Shown: one piece after another, positions 25,943 through 37,402 of the stretch
Position numbering within the stretch: the first letter of the stretch is position 1
Layout: every line of letters begins with the position of its first letter
Source of the DNA: a virus
Virus record (IMG/VR): IMGVR_UViG_3300042691_013609
Location: 57,239 to 121,238 of that record
Direction: 5' to 3' (one strand)
Length of the DNA stretch: 64,000 nt
Translations under genes and position numbers: made by a program
The notes under the pieces: model-generated
Databases searched by the model: none
Told to the model about the DNA's origin: nothing
The model's input: the letters and a program-made list of their open reading frames with translations, nothing else

Positions 25943-28299
25943 GTTTACTAGATAGATATATAAATTTTGATAACGGTGACTTTGCTGTAGATTTATTTCC
26001 ATATAAGATAAAGAATGTAAATAATTTCTATTTCAGAGAGCACCCTAAAAACCTAAACCCTAAAACATTTTTATATAAAAAATATTGGGAAGAATTCCTT
26101 AAATGTTGTTTAGAAGGTAGGTGGGTTGATGATGATGGCACATGGGTATACATGATGCCTAAATTATTTTTTTATATAAACTACGTAGTTATATCTGATG
26201 AGGACAGGGATAAAATAAACCCAAGACTTAGAGATATAGAAATGATAATGTATACATATTTTTTATGCTCAGAAGGTTTTTCTGGGTTTGATGAAGATGA
26301 AAAATATACATGTAATAAATATGTTGGAAAAATAGAAAGTGGAGAAAAATTACAGCAATACGAACAAGAAGAGTTAGATTTAGATTTATCTGCAAAAAAT
26401 GAACTTGGTGAGTATAAAAAGTACGTAGACCCATGGACTTATTTAACAGAGACTTACTTATTAACTGATAATAGAAATAAACCTTTAGGTCAAGCATTGT
26501 ATAATAATGGTTATTACAATGTTATGTTATTATCAGCCAGGGGCGTGGCAAAATCTTTTAATACCTTCTTAGGAGATTTTTTCCATGAATGGTTATTTGG
26601 AAATGTCCGCAGATACGAAGATAGGCATAAAATAAACAATGACGTTTTATTTGGTATAACGTCTCCATCTAGCAAAGCTTTGTCTAGAACTATAGCGAAC
26701 TTGTCAAGATCTTATGTTCAAATGCCTGGACAGTATGAATTCCCTACAAAAAAGAAAGATAAAACTGTTAAGTACTGGGGTCCATTTTATAAAAATATAA
26801 GAGGTACTTGGTCTGTAAGTCAATCCGGTTCTAACATACAACATATTGTAAAGTCTAGGCAAGGTAAAGAATTGATAAACGGATCCCAAGTAAACATATC
26901 TTTAATGGGACCCACAGATTATAAAATATTTGCCGGAGACCGTTTTAGAAGAGCTTACGTAGAGGAGGTTGGTTTTGCCAATAATTTAAAGAAATTATTT
27001 GCAGCGACAAAAGATGCTATTACTCTTGGTAAAAAACAAGTTGGCCAGTTATTTATGATTGGTACTGGCGGAGATATGAAAACTATCGTAGAACCAAAAG
27101 AACTTTTTGAAAATCCAAGAGCGTACAATATTTTCCCTATACCTAATTACTGGTTAAGATCTGACGGTAAAGAATGTGGCCTTTTTATACCAGCTTATTA
27201 TAAATCTGAACAATTTAAAAAAGACGGTAATACTAATTTGTATGATTCTCTTTTTGATATTATAAAGACGAGAGAGAATGATAAGGCTATAAAGGATTCT
27301 GCCACATTTGGCATGGATATAATGTGGAATCCTATATATCCAAAAGAATTACTTAGGCCATCACATAGATCTATTATTCCTGTGCAGGAACTATCTGAGC
27401 ATAGAGAATATATAGTGACAAACGATGTTTTCAAAAAAGTAGCAGCAATAGGTTCCTTTAAGTATGATATGTCAGGTGAAATAAAATTTACACCTGATCT
27501 TGAAAAAACTTTAACACCTATACTAGACTGGGGAAGAGATAAAGATTTAGAAGACACTACTGGCGCTTGGATCTTATATGAGGATAGACCTGAGTTTATA
27601 CCAGAAGGTTTGTATTATGTCTTATATGACCCTTATTCTCAATCAGGAGCTGGTACTTCTTTGCAATCAATTCTTGTGTATAAACACAAATTTAAAGGGC
27701 ATGGAGACAATTCTTTGGAAGATACTATAGTATGCTCTTATATAGGTAGATTAAGCGATCTAGACAAGTCTTACGAGGAAGTAATAAAAGTAGCTAGATA
27801 TTTTAATGCAAAGATTTTCCCGGAAATGAATACAATGGGTTTTGCAGAATATATTGTGAGAAAAAACTTACAACATATGATGCAGAGAACTCCTATAAAT
27901 ATTTTAGAGACTATAAAAGGAAGTACACATAAAGCTCACAAATCAAGCCCGTATATTTTTGGGATAAAAGTAAACGAGGCAATGAATATATGGAGTATAA
28001 ATAAATTGGCGAATTGGTTAACGGAAGTTATTATAGAGGATGAAAATGGATTACCATTAAAAAGAAATTATCAAAAGATAAAAGATTTAAGATTACTTTC
28101 AGAATTAATTAATTTTGATTTTGAAAATAAGCAAGACTTTGACTCTGTTTCTGCACTAATGCTATTACCATTTTTATTATCTGATTTAGAAGGTTCAGTT
28201 GTAGAAATACCGTATGAGGATGATGACGATCCTTATGCAAAATACAATATAAAACCTGTTATGGAAAAAAATTTAAAAGCTAAAATTAACCAATACTGA
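25939..28299 (+). CDS. terL: Terminase large subunit
   Basis: Walker A-like ARGVAKS, Walker B YVEEVG, GTGG, nuclease YDPY ... DFDSVSA; crAss-like. Confidence 0.9.
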   Translation: MSLLDRYINFDNGDFAVDLFPYKIKNVNNFYFREHPKNLNPKTFLYKKYWEEFLKCCLEGRWVDDDGTWVYMMPKLFFYINYVVISDEDRDKINPRLRDIEMIMYTYFLCSEGFSGFDEDEKYTCNKYVGKIESGEKLQQYEQEELDLDLSAKNELGEYKKYVDPWTYLTETYLLTDNRNKPLGQALYNNGYYNVMLLSARGVAKSFNTFLGDFFHEWLFGNVRRYEDRHKINNDVLFGITSPSSKALSRTIANLSRSYVQMPGQYEFPTKKKDKTVKYWGPFYKNIRGTWSVSQSGSNIQHIVKSRQGKELINGSQVNISLMGPTDYKIFAGDRFRRAYVEEVGFANNLKKLFAATKDAITLGKKQVGQLFMIGTGGDMKTIVEPKELFENPRAYNIFPIPNYWLRSDGKECGLFIPAYYKSEQFKKDGNTNLYDSLFDIIKTRENDKAIKDSATFGMDIMWNPIYPKELLRPSHRSIIPVQELSEHREYIVTNDVFKKVAAIGSFKYDMSGEIKFTPDLEKTLTPILDWGRDKDLEDTTGAWILYEDRPEFIPEGLYYVLYDPYSQSGAGTSLQSILVYKHKFKGHGDNSLEDTIVCSYIGRLSDLDKSYEEVIKVARYFNAKIFPEMNTMGFAEYIVRKNLQHMMQRTPINILETIKGSTHKAHKSSPYIFGIKVNEAMNIWSINKLANWLTEVIIEDENGLPLKRNYQKIKDLRLLSELINFDFENKQDFDSVSALMLLPFLLSDLEGSVVEIPYEDDDDPYAKYNIKPVMEKNLKAKINQY

Positions 28300-30785
28300 T
28301 GACAAATCTTTATGACGGTAATATAAAACCGACCGCATCTAGGTACGAAAAGGAGAAGAATAACTTTGAGCGTCAAATATCCATTATGGATTATTATGAC
28401 ACTTATTATGGTGACTATAGAGATGATGATAAGTTAAAAAAGTTTGAAATAAATTACGACTTATCTAACGGTCGATTAGATACTTCTTTGTATGAGATAG
28501 AGGATTTCTGTATGATTGGTCAGGAGAAAGTGACTATATCAAGAGGAGAAATACCTCATATACCTATTATAGCTCAAGTAGTTAATACTCTTAGAGGTGA
28601 ACAGCTTTTAAGACCATGGAAACTATCTGTAGAAGACGAATCTCCTTTAAAAGAATCTATACAAAACGAGGAGTATAGAAAGCTTTTTAAGAATTACATA
28701 CAGACAAATATTATAGCCCCACAAGAACAACAAGCTTATCAAAAACTAAGTTCTGAAATTCAGAACTTAGATACTAGTTTGTTATCCCCAGAAGAGCTAC
28801 AGCAAATACAGGCGGAAGTAGAACAAAAAGTTCAGGCAGAGGTATCGTTTAATACTCCAGAAGAAATAATGGATTATATGCAAAACCAATACCAAAACCC
28901 AATAGCTAGACAAGCCCAAGAGATTATGAATTATTTGGATAAAAAATTCAGGCTTAAAGATATTGAGGTTGAGGGTTTTAGTCATATGGTTCCTACTGGT
29001 GAAGAGTATTATTACGTTAATATAGGTGAAAGAGGGTTAGAGTTTGATATGATTCCTCCAGATTCTATAACATACGGTGGACCAGCAGAAGAAGTTTGGG
29101 TACAAAATATGGATTGGGCTAAAAGAGAAAGATGGACAACAATAACAGAGATAAGACATAAATATGCTGAAGTATTAAAGTCTGAGCATATGAAAGAGTT
29201 GGATAAAATGTATGAACCAAAATTTGGATCTAAACATTATGACAACGATAAGAGTCCTTTGACAAAAAGATACATGTTTGAATTGTCCAGAGATCCAGAA
29301 GGAATACAAGAAAAATTTGGAAATCAAGACTATAGAAAAAAAGAGAACTTTAACAATATAGCCTCTGCCTATGCAAATATTCAAGCTAGATGGGGTCTAG
29401 ATGTAGACTTCTCTGAATTTGCTATTAGAGAAACTCATATAGTTTGGAGAGAGGACAGGTTAATGTACAGAGTGTACAGATTAGAAAATGGTAAAGTAAA
29501 CAGATATTATTTTGACGAACATTATGTTCCAACAGAAGAAGATCTAGAAGTCAAAAAGATAATCGCACCTGAAATTTGGGAGGGCACAAAGATAGGAACT
29601 GAGGATCCTATCTACTTAAACATAAGACCTTTAAGAGGTCAATATTCTTCCAATAATGACCCATATTTTGTACAGCTTCCATATATAGGCAGAAAGTACA
29701 ATACTTATAGAGGAAGATCTAAAAATCTTGCTATTGTTGATTTAATGAAACAATTCCAAAGAGACATAGATACTGAAATGGCAGCATTAAGAAAAGATCT
29801 CGCTACTAACATAGGAAAGGTTTTTGTAATGCTTATGAACTCTAAGCCTCAAAACATGACCTGGAGCACTATGCTACAAATAGCTAAAGATCATAATATA
29901 TTAATGATTGATCCTGTTCAAAGAGGTTTGAGTGGTGTTGACCCACAATTTATGAGAGAGGTTAATATGTCTAAAATGAGTGAGATTGCCGAAAGGGTAA
30001 ATCTTATAAAAGAAATGACAAATAATCTTTATCAAGTTGCTGGGTTTAATGCTAATAGAACGGGTCAAGGAGGGCAGTATGCAAATGCCATGAACATACA
30101 GACTCAACAACAATCCTCGTATAATCAAACAGAGCCTATGTTTGAGACACACAGGATTATTGTAGAAAAGGCTTGCGACAGGTTGATGAATTTAGCAAGA
30201 GTATATTATAAAGATAACCAGGAAGAACTTAGAAATATACTATCTCCAACTTCTTATGCAGAATTAGAATTTGGTTATCCTTTTTGGTATTCTTATTTTA
30301 ACGTAAGATTAGAAAATTCAGGAAAAGTAGCCAGACAAGTAGAAATGCTAAAGCAATATATGCAAGCATTTATACAAAATGGTATGGAGCCTATTGATGT
30401 TGTACATTTGGCTTTAGCTGAAACTAAGAATGATCTTATGGATATTCTATCTAAGATAGACAAAAGACAAAAAGAAGCAGCACAGCAAGCACAGCAATCT
30501 CAGTCAGAACAAATGCAACAAGCAATGGCTATGGAAGCAGAGCAAGCTCAAGTTGAAAGAGACTTCAAAATGGCCATTAAGAAAATGGAACTTGATGCTT
30601 CTGATATTAGATCTCAAAGAGACTCAGAGAAATTTAGAATTGCTGCTGACGTTGACTCTGACGGCAGGTCAGATCTTCTCGAAGCTAAGATGATAGAAAT
30701 AGAACAAAGAAAGAAAGAACACGAAGATAAAATGGAATTGGCTAGACAGAAAAACGCAGATACTCAGGTCTCTGCAAGAATCTAA
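28299..30785 (+). CDS. Portal protein
   Basis: 828 aa directly after TerL; NYDL..G, EIWEG.KIG, LPY.G, coiled Q-rich tail. Confidence 0.85.
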   Translation: MTNLYDGNIKPTASRYEKEKNNFERQISIMDYYDTYYGDYRDDDKLKKFEINYDLSNGRLDTSLYEIEDFCMIGQEKVTISRGEIPHIPIIAQVVNTLRGEQLLRPWKLSVEDESPLKESIQNEEYRKLFKNYIQTNIIAPQEQQAYQKLSSEIQNLDTSLLSPEELQQIQAEVEQKVQAEVSFNTPEEIMDYMQNQYQNPIARQAQEIMNYLDKKFRLKDIEVEGFSHMVPTGEEYYYVNIGERGLEFDMIPPDSITYGGPAEEVWVQNMDWAKRERWTTITEIRHKYAEVLKSEHMKELDKMYEPKFGSKHYDNDKSPLTKRYMFELSRDPEGIQEKFGNQDYRKKENFNNIASAYANIQARWGLDVDFSEFAIRETHIVWREDRLMYRVYRLENGKVNRYYFDEHYVPTEEDLEVKKIIAPEIWEGTKIGTEDPIYLNIRPLRGQYSSNNDPYFVQLPYIGRKYNTYRGRSKNLAIVDLMKQFQRDIDTEMAALRKDLATNIGKVFVMLMNSKPQNMTWSTMLQIAKDHNILMIDPVQRGLSGVDPQFMREVNMSKMSEIAERVNLIKEMTNNLYQVAGFNANRTGQGGQYANAMNIQTQQQSSYNQTEPMFETHRIIVEKACDRLMNLARVYYKDNQEELRNILSPTSYAELEFGYPFWYSYFNVRLENSGKVARQVEMLKQYMQAFIQNGMEPIDVVHLALAETKNDLMDILSKIDKRQKEAAQQAQQSQSEQMQQAMAMEAEQAQVERDFKMAIKKMELDASDIRSQRDSEKFRIAADVDSDGRSDLLEAKMIEIEQRKKEHEDKMELARQKNADTQVSARI

Positions 30786-30853
30786 AATACGCCAATTCCC
30801 CGATTGAGTAAAATTAATTTTTAAATAACAGCCAATTTTGGCAAAACATGTAT

Positions 30854-30861
30854 TATATTTG
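30854..30861 (+). promoter_or_regulatory. -7 element TATATTTG upstream of scaffold/MCP
   Basis: TAnnTTTG match ending 8 nt before the ATG. Confidence 0.45.
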
Positions 30862-30869
30862 CATTTGAT

Positions 30870-32108
30870 ATGGACACGACTGTATTAGAAAAAGAAACAA
30901 GCGTAGAAACTGCACAAAATAACTCAGAAGATTCTGTAGAGTATAGAGGTGGCGGTTTCAATAAGTGGGGAGTTAACGTAGAGAATAACAGCAAGTCTAG
31001 CAGACATTCAGCTTTTCTTGATGAAGAACCATCAGGAGATGATGGATCAGAGCCTCCTATAAATATGGACCCAGGCCAAATAGGCCAAATAGCTTCATCC
31101 ATAACTCCGACAGAAGAATCTGTTGAAGCAGTTAGTACTCCAGAGAGTAATGAAGAAGTTACCTCATCTGACGAGCCACAAACTGAAAACTTTGCATATT
31201 ATGTTGCAAAGCAAATGATTCAAGAAGGAGCACTTCCTAATTTTGATGATGTTGATGAAGATATAACTTTTGAAGATATTTATGAAAATTATAAAGTAGT
31301 AACTGAAGAAAAAGTAAAGACTCAAGTATTAGGTGAAGTACAAGCTACTTTGCAATCTGCCGGAGTCACAGATGAAAATTTGGTATTATTACAAGCAATA
31401 CAAAACGGAGTTCCGTTAGATGAGTTATATGAAGTAAATAAATATCAAAAGTATTCTCAGTTTGACGACTCGGCAGATTCTGACTTAAAACTTGAAGTTA
31501 TAAAAGAGTGGTATAAATCAAGAAATTTATCTGAGAGAGAGATTAATAGAAATCTAGAGGCTATAGAATTATCAGATGAAATAGACACTGAATTTGATGA
31601 TGCTAAAAACTTCTTCGCCCAAACATTAGAAGAATACCATAAAGCTCAAAGACAAATAGCTTTACAAGAATTAGAACAAAGAAAAGCAATTCAACTTAGA
31701 AATGCAGATGTTTTAAATAAAGCTGTAACTCAGGGGGTCTTAGCAAATGAAAGATTAACCTCAGAACAAAGCCAACAACTTCAAAGAGATATATACGAAA
31801 GGAATAAAGTGTATAATATTGAAGGACAACAAGTTCCGCTATCTCCATTTGAAGAATTTATGTATTTAATGAATAATGATTTTGAGTTTCAGCTTTTAAA
31901 CTTTAAAAATTTTAGGTTTAAAAACTCTGAAGCAGAGATGTTAAAAGTACAAGCTCAGGAACAAGCTGACAAAGATTACTTAGAGGCTTTTAAAAAAGCT
32001 CAGGGAAAATCAGCGATGAAGGGCTCCTTAAAGAAAAAAACGAATAATACTCAAGATGGTTATACCTCTTATATAAACGAGACTGGAGGTAGGAGCTATG
32101 AGTTTTAA
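30870..32108 (+). CDS. Acidic scaffold-like head assembly protein
   Basis: E/D-rich, coiled, between portal and MCP. Confidence 0.6.
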   Translation: MDTTVLEKETSVETAQNNSEDSVEYRGGGFNKWGVNVENNSKSSRHSAFLDEEPSGDDGSEPPINMDPGQIGQIASSITPTEESVEAVSTPESNEEVTSSDEPQTENFAYYVAKQMIQEGALPNFDDVDEDITFEDIYENYKVVTEEKVKTQVLGEVQATLQSAGVTDENLVLLQAIQNGVPLDELYEVNKYQKYSQFDDSADSDLKLEVIKEWYKSRNLSEREINRNLEAIELSDEIDTEFDDAKNFFAQTLEEYHKAQRQIALQELEQRKAIQLRNADVLNKAVTQGVLANERLTSEQSQQLQRDIYERNKVYNIEGQQVPLSPFEEFMYLMNNDFEFQLLNFKNFRFKNSEAEMLKVQAQEQADKDYLEAFKKAQGKSAMKGSLKKKTNNTQDGYTSYINETGGRSYEF

Positions 32109-32148
32109 TAAAACATGACAAAATAACTAAAACTAAAACTTAGAAAAA

Positions 32149-33684
32149 ATGAGCGGAATTAGAACTAAACCGTTTCCATCCAAATATATCGTTGAAGAGC
32201 AGTATGCTAATGACGATAAATTGTTTAGCGGTCACTTTAGGTATGAAAACTTGCTACAATCAAAAGGTGGAACAGTACACGATTACACAGACTTAACAGA
32301 ATTAGCTAGAGGTTTCTACGCTAGAACTTCTGAAACTCTTTCTGAGAATACAGCTCCTTGGTTACAATGGATCAAAGGAACTGGCGGAATGAAAGACGTT
32401 ACTACTCAGAAAGTTCGTTGGAGACACTACGGTAAGCCAAAGAGAAAATTCATTTCTCAGGGTAACCCAAACACATGTGAATATATTGGAGCAGCTGGCT
32501 CTACTTTTAAAGTAATTTTTGATGTAGACCATTTCCAGCCTTCTGATGAATTAGCACCAGTTGAAAACGGACGTGCTAAAATTATTATTGAATCTTACGC
32601 TAGAAAAGTAGCCGGTGGTTATCAGTATGATGCTGTTTTAGCAAACCCTGAAACACACTTGCCTAAAGTTTATTTACAAGGAAAATTCTGGACAAGAGCA
32701 GGTCAATCTTCTGCATATTTATCTCCTATTACAGGACGTGCAGGTAGCTTCTCTTTCAGCTCAGGTTTTGCTTATATCGAATTTGAAGTTCCTTTACACA
32801 CTATGACTAAGGAGTTCTCTGTAGACATGGAGACACACCTTAAAGAAGGTTCTTTGAAAGTTGGTTGTAAGTATGACGATAATGTAATCGAAGAGAAAAT
32901 TACAAATAGACTTGAGATCGAGTTTGATGCGGCTTTTGAAAAAGAAATGGAGCACATCCTCGTTCACGGAGAAATGACAAACAACAGGGTTGATCCTGTT
33001 AATAGAAAGCCTATTACAACTTCTCCTGGTCTTTACGCATATTTGGAAGAATCCAATATTATTAAGTATAATCCATTTGTCAACAGCGTTGACATGATCA
33101 TGGACCTTATCCAAGTTTACTGGTACGACCGTGTACCTACAAGCAAGAGAAATCTTGTATTGATGACTGGAGAAGCTGGTCTTAAATTGTTCCACAACTG
33201 GTTGGTTGAGAAGTTCGGATCTATGCCTGTAGAAATTGAGCACAACTTCGTACTCGATTCTTCTAAGTCACATGACATGGCTAAGAGAGGATTTGCTCTT
33301 GGTGGATTCCAATTTACAAAGTACCACGTACAGCCATTTGGTAGCGTTACAGTAGGTCACTGGCCAATGCTTGATGACACATTGTTTGATGCTAAGACAA
33401 TGCCTGGAAGTATCTATACAGTTCGTTCTCACGAGTTCATCGCTATGGACTGGGGAATGGGCGAGCCAAACGTAACTCTATTAAAGAATACTCAGAGAGA
33501 TAGAGATTTGATCGTACCTGGTTACTGGTCTCCTTGGGGTGCAGTTGGTTTAAAGAACCCTTACTTCAAGACTGTTGGTCAACCTGAATTAGAAGATACT
33601 TATTTAGTTCGTAAGAGTAGAACTTTCGGTCTTGCGGTTATGGATGTATCTAGAATCTTATTGTTCAGACCTTCTGTAGGATAA
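32149..33684 (+). CDS. Major capsid protein (crAss-like)
   Basis: 511 aa in the canonical position, high-expression codon bias (TTC/AAC/GGT), strong terminator after; TG..G and H.PM.D motifs. Confidence 0.8.
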   Translation: MSGIRTKPFPSKYIVEEQYANDDKLFSGHFRYENLLQSKGGTVHDYTDLTELARGFYARTSETLSENTAPWLQWIKGTGGMKDVTTQKVRWRHYGKPKRKFISQGNPNTCEYIGAAGSTFKVIFDVDHFQPSDELAPVENGRAKIIIESYARKVAGGYQYDAVLANPETHLPKVYLQGKFWTRAGQSSAYLSPITGRAGSFSFSSGFAYIEFEVPLHTMTKEFSVDMETHLKEGSLKVGCKYDDNVIEEKITNRLEIEFDAAFEKEMEHILVHGEMTNNRVDPVNRKPITTSPGLYAYLEESNIIKYNPFVNSVDMIMDLIQVYWYDRVPTSKRNLVLMTGEAGLKLFHNWLVEKFGSMPVEIEHNFVLDSSKSHDMAKRGFALGGFQFTKYHVQPFGSVTVGHWPMLDDTLFDAKTMPGSIYTVRSHEFIAMDWGMGEPNVTLLKNTQRDRDLIVPGYWSPWGAVGLKNPYFKTVGQPELEDTYLVRKSRTFGLAVMDVSRILLFRPSVG

Positions 33685-33713
33685 TAAAAATTATTATATA
33701 ACTTTAAAATAAA

Positions 33714-33743
33714 GGTGGAGGCTTAACGGCCTCCACCATTTTT
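33714..33743 (+). terminator. Intrinsic terminator after MCP
   Basis: GGTGGAGGC-TTAACG-GCCTCCACC-ATTTTT. Confidence 0.85.
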
Positions 33744-33747
33744 AGCT

Positions 33748-33981
33748 ATGAAAACAATGAAGAAAATTACATCTGCTACCACTAAGATGAAATCTGGCGG
33801 TAAAGTTAAAAAAATGCAATCTGGCGGTGAGGCTGTTTTGGTAAAATCTGCACCAAAAGATATGTCTTTGAAGAATTATGTAAATTCTCAAAAGAATAAG
33901 ACTGCAAAAGATAAACTTAAAGATGCACAATCATCTAAAAAGATGATGAACGGTGGTTACGGAAAAAAGAAAATGAAATAG
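33748..33981 (+). CDS. Small Lys-rich protein with KMxSGG repeats
   Basis: KMKSGG, KMQSGG, MMNGG. Confidence 0.6.
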   Translation: MKTMKKITSATTKMKSGGKVKKMQSGGEAVLVKSAPKDMSLKNYVNSQKNKTAKDKLKDAQSSKKMMNGGYGKKKMK

Positions 33982-34061
33982 TATGAAAGCTAAAGGACCT
34001 TGCAAACCTTGTGGAAGACCAAGGTAAGCTAACTTAATTAAATAAAAAATCAAAAAGGGGA

Positions 34062-35030
34062 ATGGAAACATTAATAGTAAGAAGAAAAAGCGATCTAAGT
34101 AAACTCAAGACTTCTGATGAAATTTATTATCAGGATTCAAAAGATTATACTAAAGATGGCGAAGCGATTGATACATTTAGTAAAAACAGTCAATCTGTAA
34201 TTGGCACAATGTCTAATTTGACACCTCACTGGGACTACACTAAAAATGAGTGGTCTTTTTATGGAGGATTTCAATCTCTTTTAGAAATTGCTAAAAAATT
34301 GCAGCTAAGAGGTCAAAATAACGAACTACTTCTACCTACTGAGTATTCTTTAAAAAATCCAAATGATCCTTTCTTTGCTCATAAAAGTTTGTGGCAAAGT
34401 ACATTCATGGAGGAAGGATCTAAGTATTTGACAGAAGAAACTCCTTTAGAGGAGTTCTATATGCGAGTTCTAAAAGGAAGAGAAGACATTGAGCAGCCAG
34501 ATAGAGAGCCAGGAGAGCAATCAGCTTTTTTAACATCTGGTTCAAAGTTGGAGATTTTATCCCCAAGGGCTGAGTTAAAAGTACAATCAAATAAAATTGA
34601 CGAGGAAGTAGAAGCTATTCTATTGTACGATTCATTAAGAAAGAATTTTGATAAGATGAAGAGGATTGTGTCTATTGCAGATCCACCATCTTATGATGAA
34701 TCTTATAATGACCCAGTAGCCATGGCGGCTTTGTTAAAACACGAATTAGTTGACAATACTCAATACGTCACTAAATACGGGATGGAAGCTAGAAAATATT
34801 TTATGCATTTATGCAATTTGCCAAATGAAGATTTGGAAGTATATAGCAAAGTATTAAGAGCGGCTCAAGACGGTATTATTAGACGAAATAGTAAATCTGG
34901 GTATACAATGAAGGGTGAGTTATTAGCCGAAGGTTCTATCAGGGATGACAAGAAATTAGTAGAATTTTTCCAAAAAGACGAAAATATTTCATATTACTCC
35001 AAATTGGAGGATTTAATAGCAAATAAATAA
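34062..35030 (+). CDS. Putative structural/assembly protein
   Basis: Position downstream of MCP as in crAss-like capsid modules. Confidence 0.55.
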   Translation: METLIVRRKSDLSKLKTSDEIYYQDSKDYTKDGEAIDTFSKNSQSVIGTMSNLTPHWDYTKNEWSFYGGFQSLLEIAKKLQLRGQNNELLLPTEYSLKNPNDPFFAHKSLWQSTFMEEGSKYLTEETPLEEFYMRVLKGREDIEQPDREPGEQSAFLTSGSKLEILSPRAELKVQSNKIDEEVEAILLYDSLRKNFDKMKRIVSIADPPSYDESYNDPVAMAALLKHELVDNTQYVTKYGMEARKYFMHLCNLPNEDLEVYSKVLRAAQDGIIRRNSKSGYTMKGELLAEGSIRDDKKLVEFFQKDENISYYSKLEDLIANK

Positions 35031-35032
35031 AT

Positions 35033-35755
35033 ATGCCTATTAGCGCCAGAAAGCTTGTTTACGATACAGTTAGAAAACTAAATGGTTTAAATACTGGAAT
35101 GGGGCAGTCTTTCAGCGTGTTAGACTTGGTCAGCGCTATTAATGATGCTTATGAAATTATTGTAGAAAATAATGTAAAGTTTACTGACACCAACTCTTTA
35201 ATTAGGGACAATCTCAGAAAGCTTGAAATAAAAAATTACGAATTAGATTTATCTAACAAAGGTAATTACTATTTCGCAAAGTACCCGGACAATCTGTATA
35301 AAAGATTAAACCACGTAGCAGAAGTAACTTGTAAAGATTGTGATGGAACAAAAATTATAGTTCCAAGATTAGTACAGTCTGATGATTTACATGAAGCTAG
35401 AAAAAACCCATATAGAAAAGCTAATTATTATTGGGAACAATTAATAATGGATGAAGGTGGTGAGGGGTTATTTATTTATACTGACGGGGAAATGGAAGTA
35501 ACTAAATTAACTATAGACTATTATAGACGTATAAACTACATAGAAGCACCTAGCTTGGTAGAATGCAATGACTATGTTTATTTGAATTATGATGACAACC
35601 TCATTTCCAATGATGTTAATTTTGATTTAGATAATACATATATAGCAAGGAAGGTAACTGATGTCGCTGTATTATTATTAAGAACTGATATTAAAGATAC
35701 AGAAGCCTTCAGACTAAAGTTAGAAAGCATAATGCAAACAGACAAAATAACTTAA
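35033..35755 (+). CDS. Putative head-tail ring/adaptor protein
   Basis: DNLRKL, SDDL....NPYRK, IDYYR.. resembling crAss-like ring proteins. Confidence 0.5.
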   Translation: MPISARKLVYDTVRKLNGLNTGMGQSFSVLDLVSAINDAYEIIVENNVKFTDTNSLIRDNLRKLEIKNYELDLSNKGNYYFAKYPDNLYKRLNHVAEVTCKDCDGTKIIVPRLVQSDDLHEARKNPYRKANYYWEQLIMDEGGEGLFIYTDGEMEVTKLTIDYYRRINYIEAPSLVECNDYVYLNYDDNLISNDVNFDLDNTYIARKVTDVAVLLLRTDIKDTEAFRLKLESIMQTDKIT

Positions 35756-35773
35756 ACTAAAAAAACTTAAAAA

Positions 35774-37402
35774 ATGAGTTCAGAAAAAAGCGAAATCAAA
35801 AGACACCTAGTTACTTCCGGTAACTTTGCGTTCGTTGCAACAGGTACTCCATTATATAAACTTGTTAAGACTGGAGAGAAGTTCAAGAAGTACTATAATG
35901 TAGCCCCAGGTCAACCAGTTATGTGGGTTGAGGATACAGATTGCGGGGATATTCCTGATACAATTGCACCAGCAAACTTAACACTTGCTGACTTAGCTAA
36001 TATCAAAATTGGTGTTGGTTACTCTTCACAAGGTAATGGCATGACTGATGCTATTAGACTTTTGTCACCTGTGAATATCCAAGGTTGTACAATCGACAAA
36101 TTGGATGCTACTGATGCACAATGTGCAGTTCCTTGGATTAAGGCAGTTTATCCTGATTGCGTTAGCTGCGATACAGTTAGTGCCCGTGTTAGGGTTTACG
36201 ACAACCAAAGTATTTCTTTCTCAGACCATCCGTTGAAAGCATACCAAGAATTTGTTGGATCTTACACTCCTGATTGCTCTTCTTGCAACGACTGTGAGCA
36301 GACAGCTACTTGCGATGAAATCGTTTGCGGTTTGGTTGATGCATTGAATAATGACACAGACCTTCGTATTGAAGGGGATCCATATCCACACTATTACAAC
36401 ACAGGTTTGGTTCGTCCTTACACTGCGTTTAAAATTCACAACACTTGGAAATCTTACTGTATTTCCCCATCTATTGGTGCTGATTGTACTGAGTGTAATT
36501 CAATTTCTGCATTGACTACATTTACAATTGATGGTGACAATTATAACTTCGATTTAACAGACCCATCAACATCTGGCGAAACACTCCAAACTTTGGTTGG
36601 TCAGTTAGAAGTTGCTGTTGACTTAATTAACGAGAAATTTACAGAAGTTTTAGGTCGTCATGCTGGTAAGGCATTCCTCTCTAAAGGAGAAGGTAAGTGC
36701 TGCCCATTGCAGTTGTTTGTTACTACTTGTGACAGCACATTTGCTATTGCAGGTTTAACTCAGTGCCAAGATGCAGTTGACCAATGGCCTGATTTCGTAA
36801 CTAGCGGTTACTGCAAGCAGTGTGGTTCTACTGAAGATACTACTACTCCTAACTGCGGTATTGGTGTTTTCGTTAAGCCTGATGTTGAGCCTTGCAATTG
36901 CTGGGAATTAAACCAGCCTAAGCAGTTCAACAGCCGTTGGATTGAAATCGACATCTTGTCCGGAACTGGTAACGATAATACACCTAAGTACACTAAAAAG
37001 GCTACACTTCTTGAAGGTCAAGTTGCGAGCAACTACGGATCACAGATTCAGTACCTTGAGTACGCACACAACATCGATGCTATCGGATTTGAAGGTTTCG
37101 ATTATGAAATCGGAAATGAAGTAGCCGGATGGTTGGGAGTTCCTAATAAGAGGTCCAGAATTAGAAAAGCAATTACAGCAGACTGCGAAAAGTCATACTG
37201 TACTTATTATATGAGACATAAAGGCCAGACTGAAAAAGGTCCATTGAAGACATTCATCAATCTTTATATTGACGGATTCATTCACGTACCTGAGAATGAC
37301 TTTACTACGAAGACAAGCATTAATGCCTTGTTCGACAAATTCGTTGACTTGGTTCCTCAAGAATGTAAAGTTCTTACAAGCGCTAGCTGCTACGTAGACT
37401 AA
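35774..37402 (+). CDS. Abundant Cys-rich virion protein (auxiliary capsid or tail)
   Basis: 542 aa with MCP-like codon bias and many CxxC. Confidence 0.55.
   Translation: MSSEKSEIKRHLVTSGNFAFVATGTPLYKLVKTGEKFKKYYNVAPGQPVMWVEDTDCGDIPDTIAPANLTLADLANIKIGVGYSSQGNGMTDAIRLLSPVNIQGCTIDKLDATDAQCAVPWIKAVYPDCVSCDTVSARVRVYDNQSISFSDHPLKAYQEFVGSYTPDCSSCNDCEQTATCDEIVCGLVDALNNDTDLRIEGDPYPHYYNTGLVRPYTAFKIHNTWKSYCISPSIGADCTECNSISALTTFTIDGDNYNFDLTDPSTSGETLQTLVGQLEVAVDLINEKFTEVLGRHAGKAFLSKGEGKCCPLQLFVTTCDSTFAIAGLTQCQDAVDQWPDFVTSGYCKQCGSTEDTTTPNCGIGVFVKPDVEPCNCWELNQPKQFNSRWIEIDILSGTGNDNTPKYTKKATLLEGQVASNYGSQIQYLEYAHNIDAIGFEGFDYEIGNEVAGWLGVPNKRSRIRKAITADCEKSYCTYYMRHKGQTEKGPLKTFINLYIDGFIHVPENDFTTKTSINALFDKFVDLVPQECKVLTSASCYVD

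Noticed and set aside
25939-33684. Introns or inteins in TerL, portal or MCP
   Set aside because: The ORFs are uninterrupted and of expected size, and no intein or homing-endonuclease motifs were noticed.
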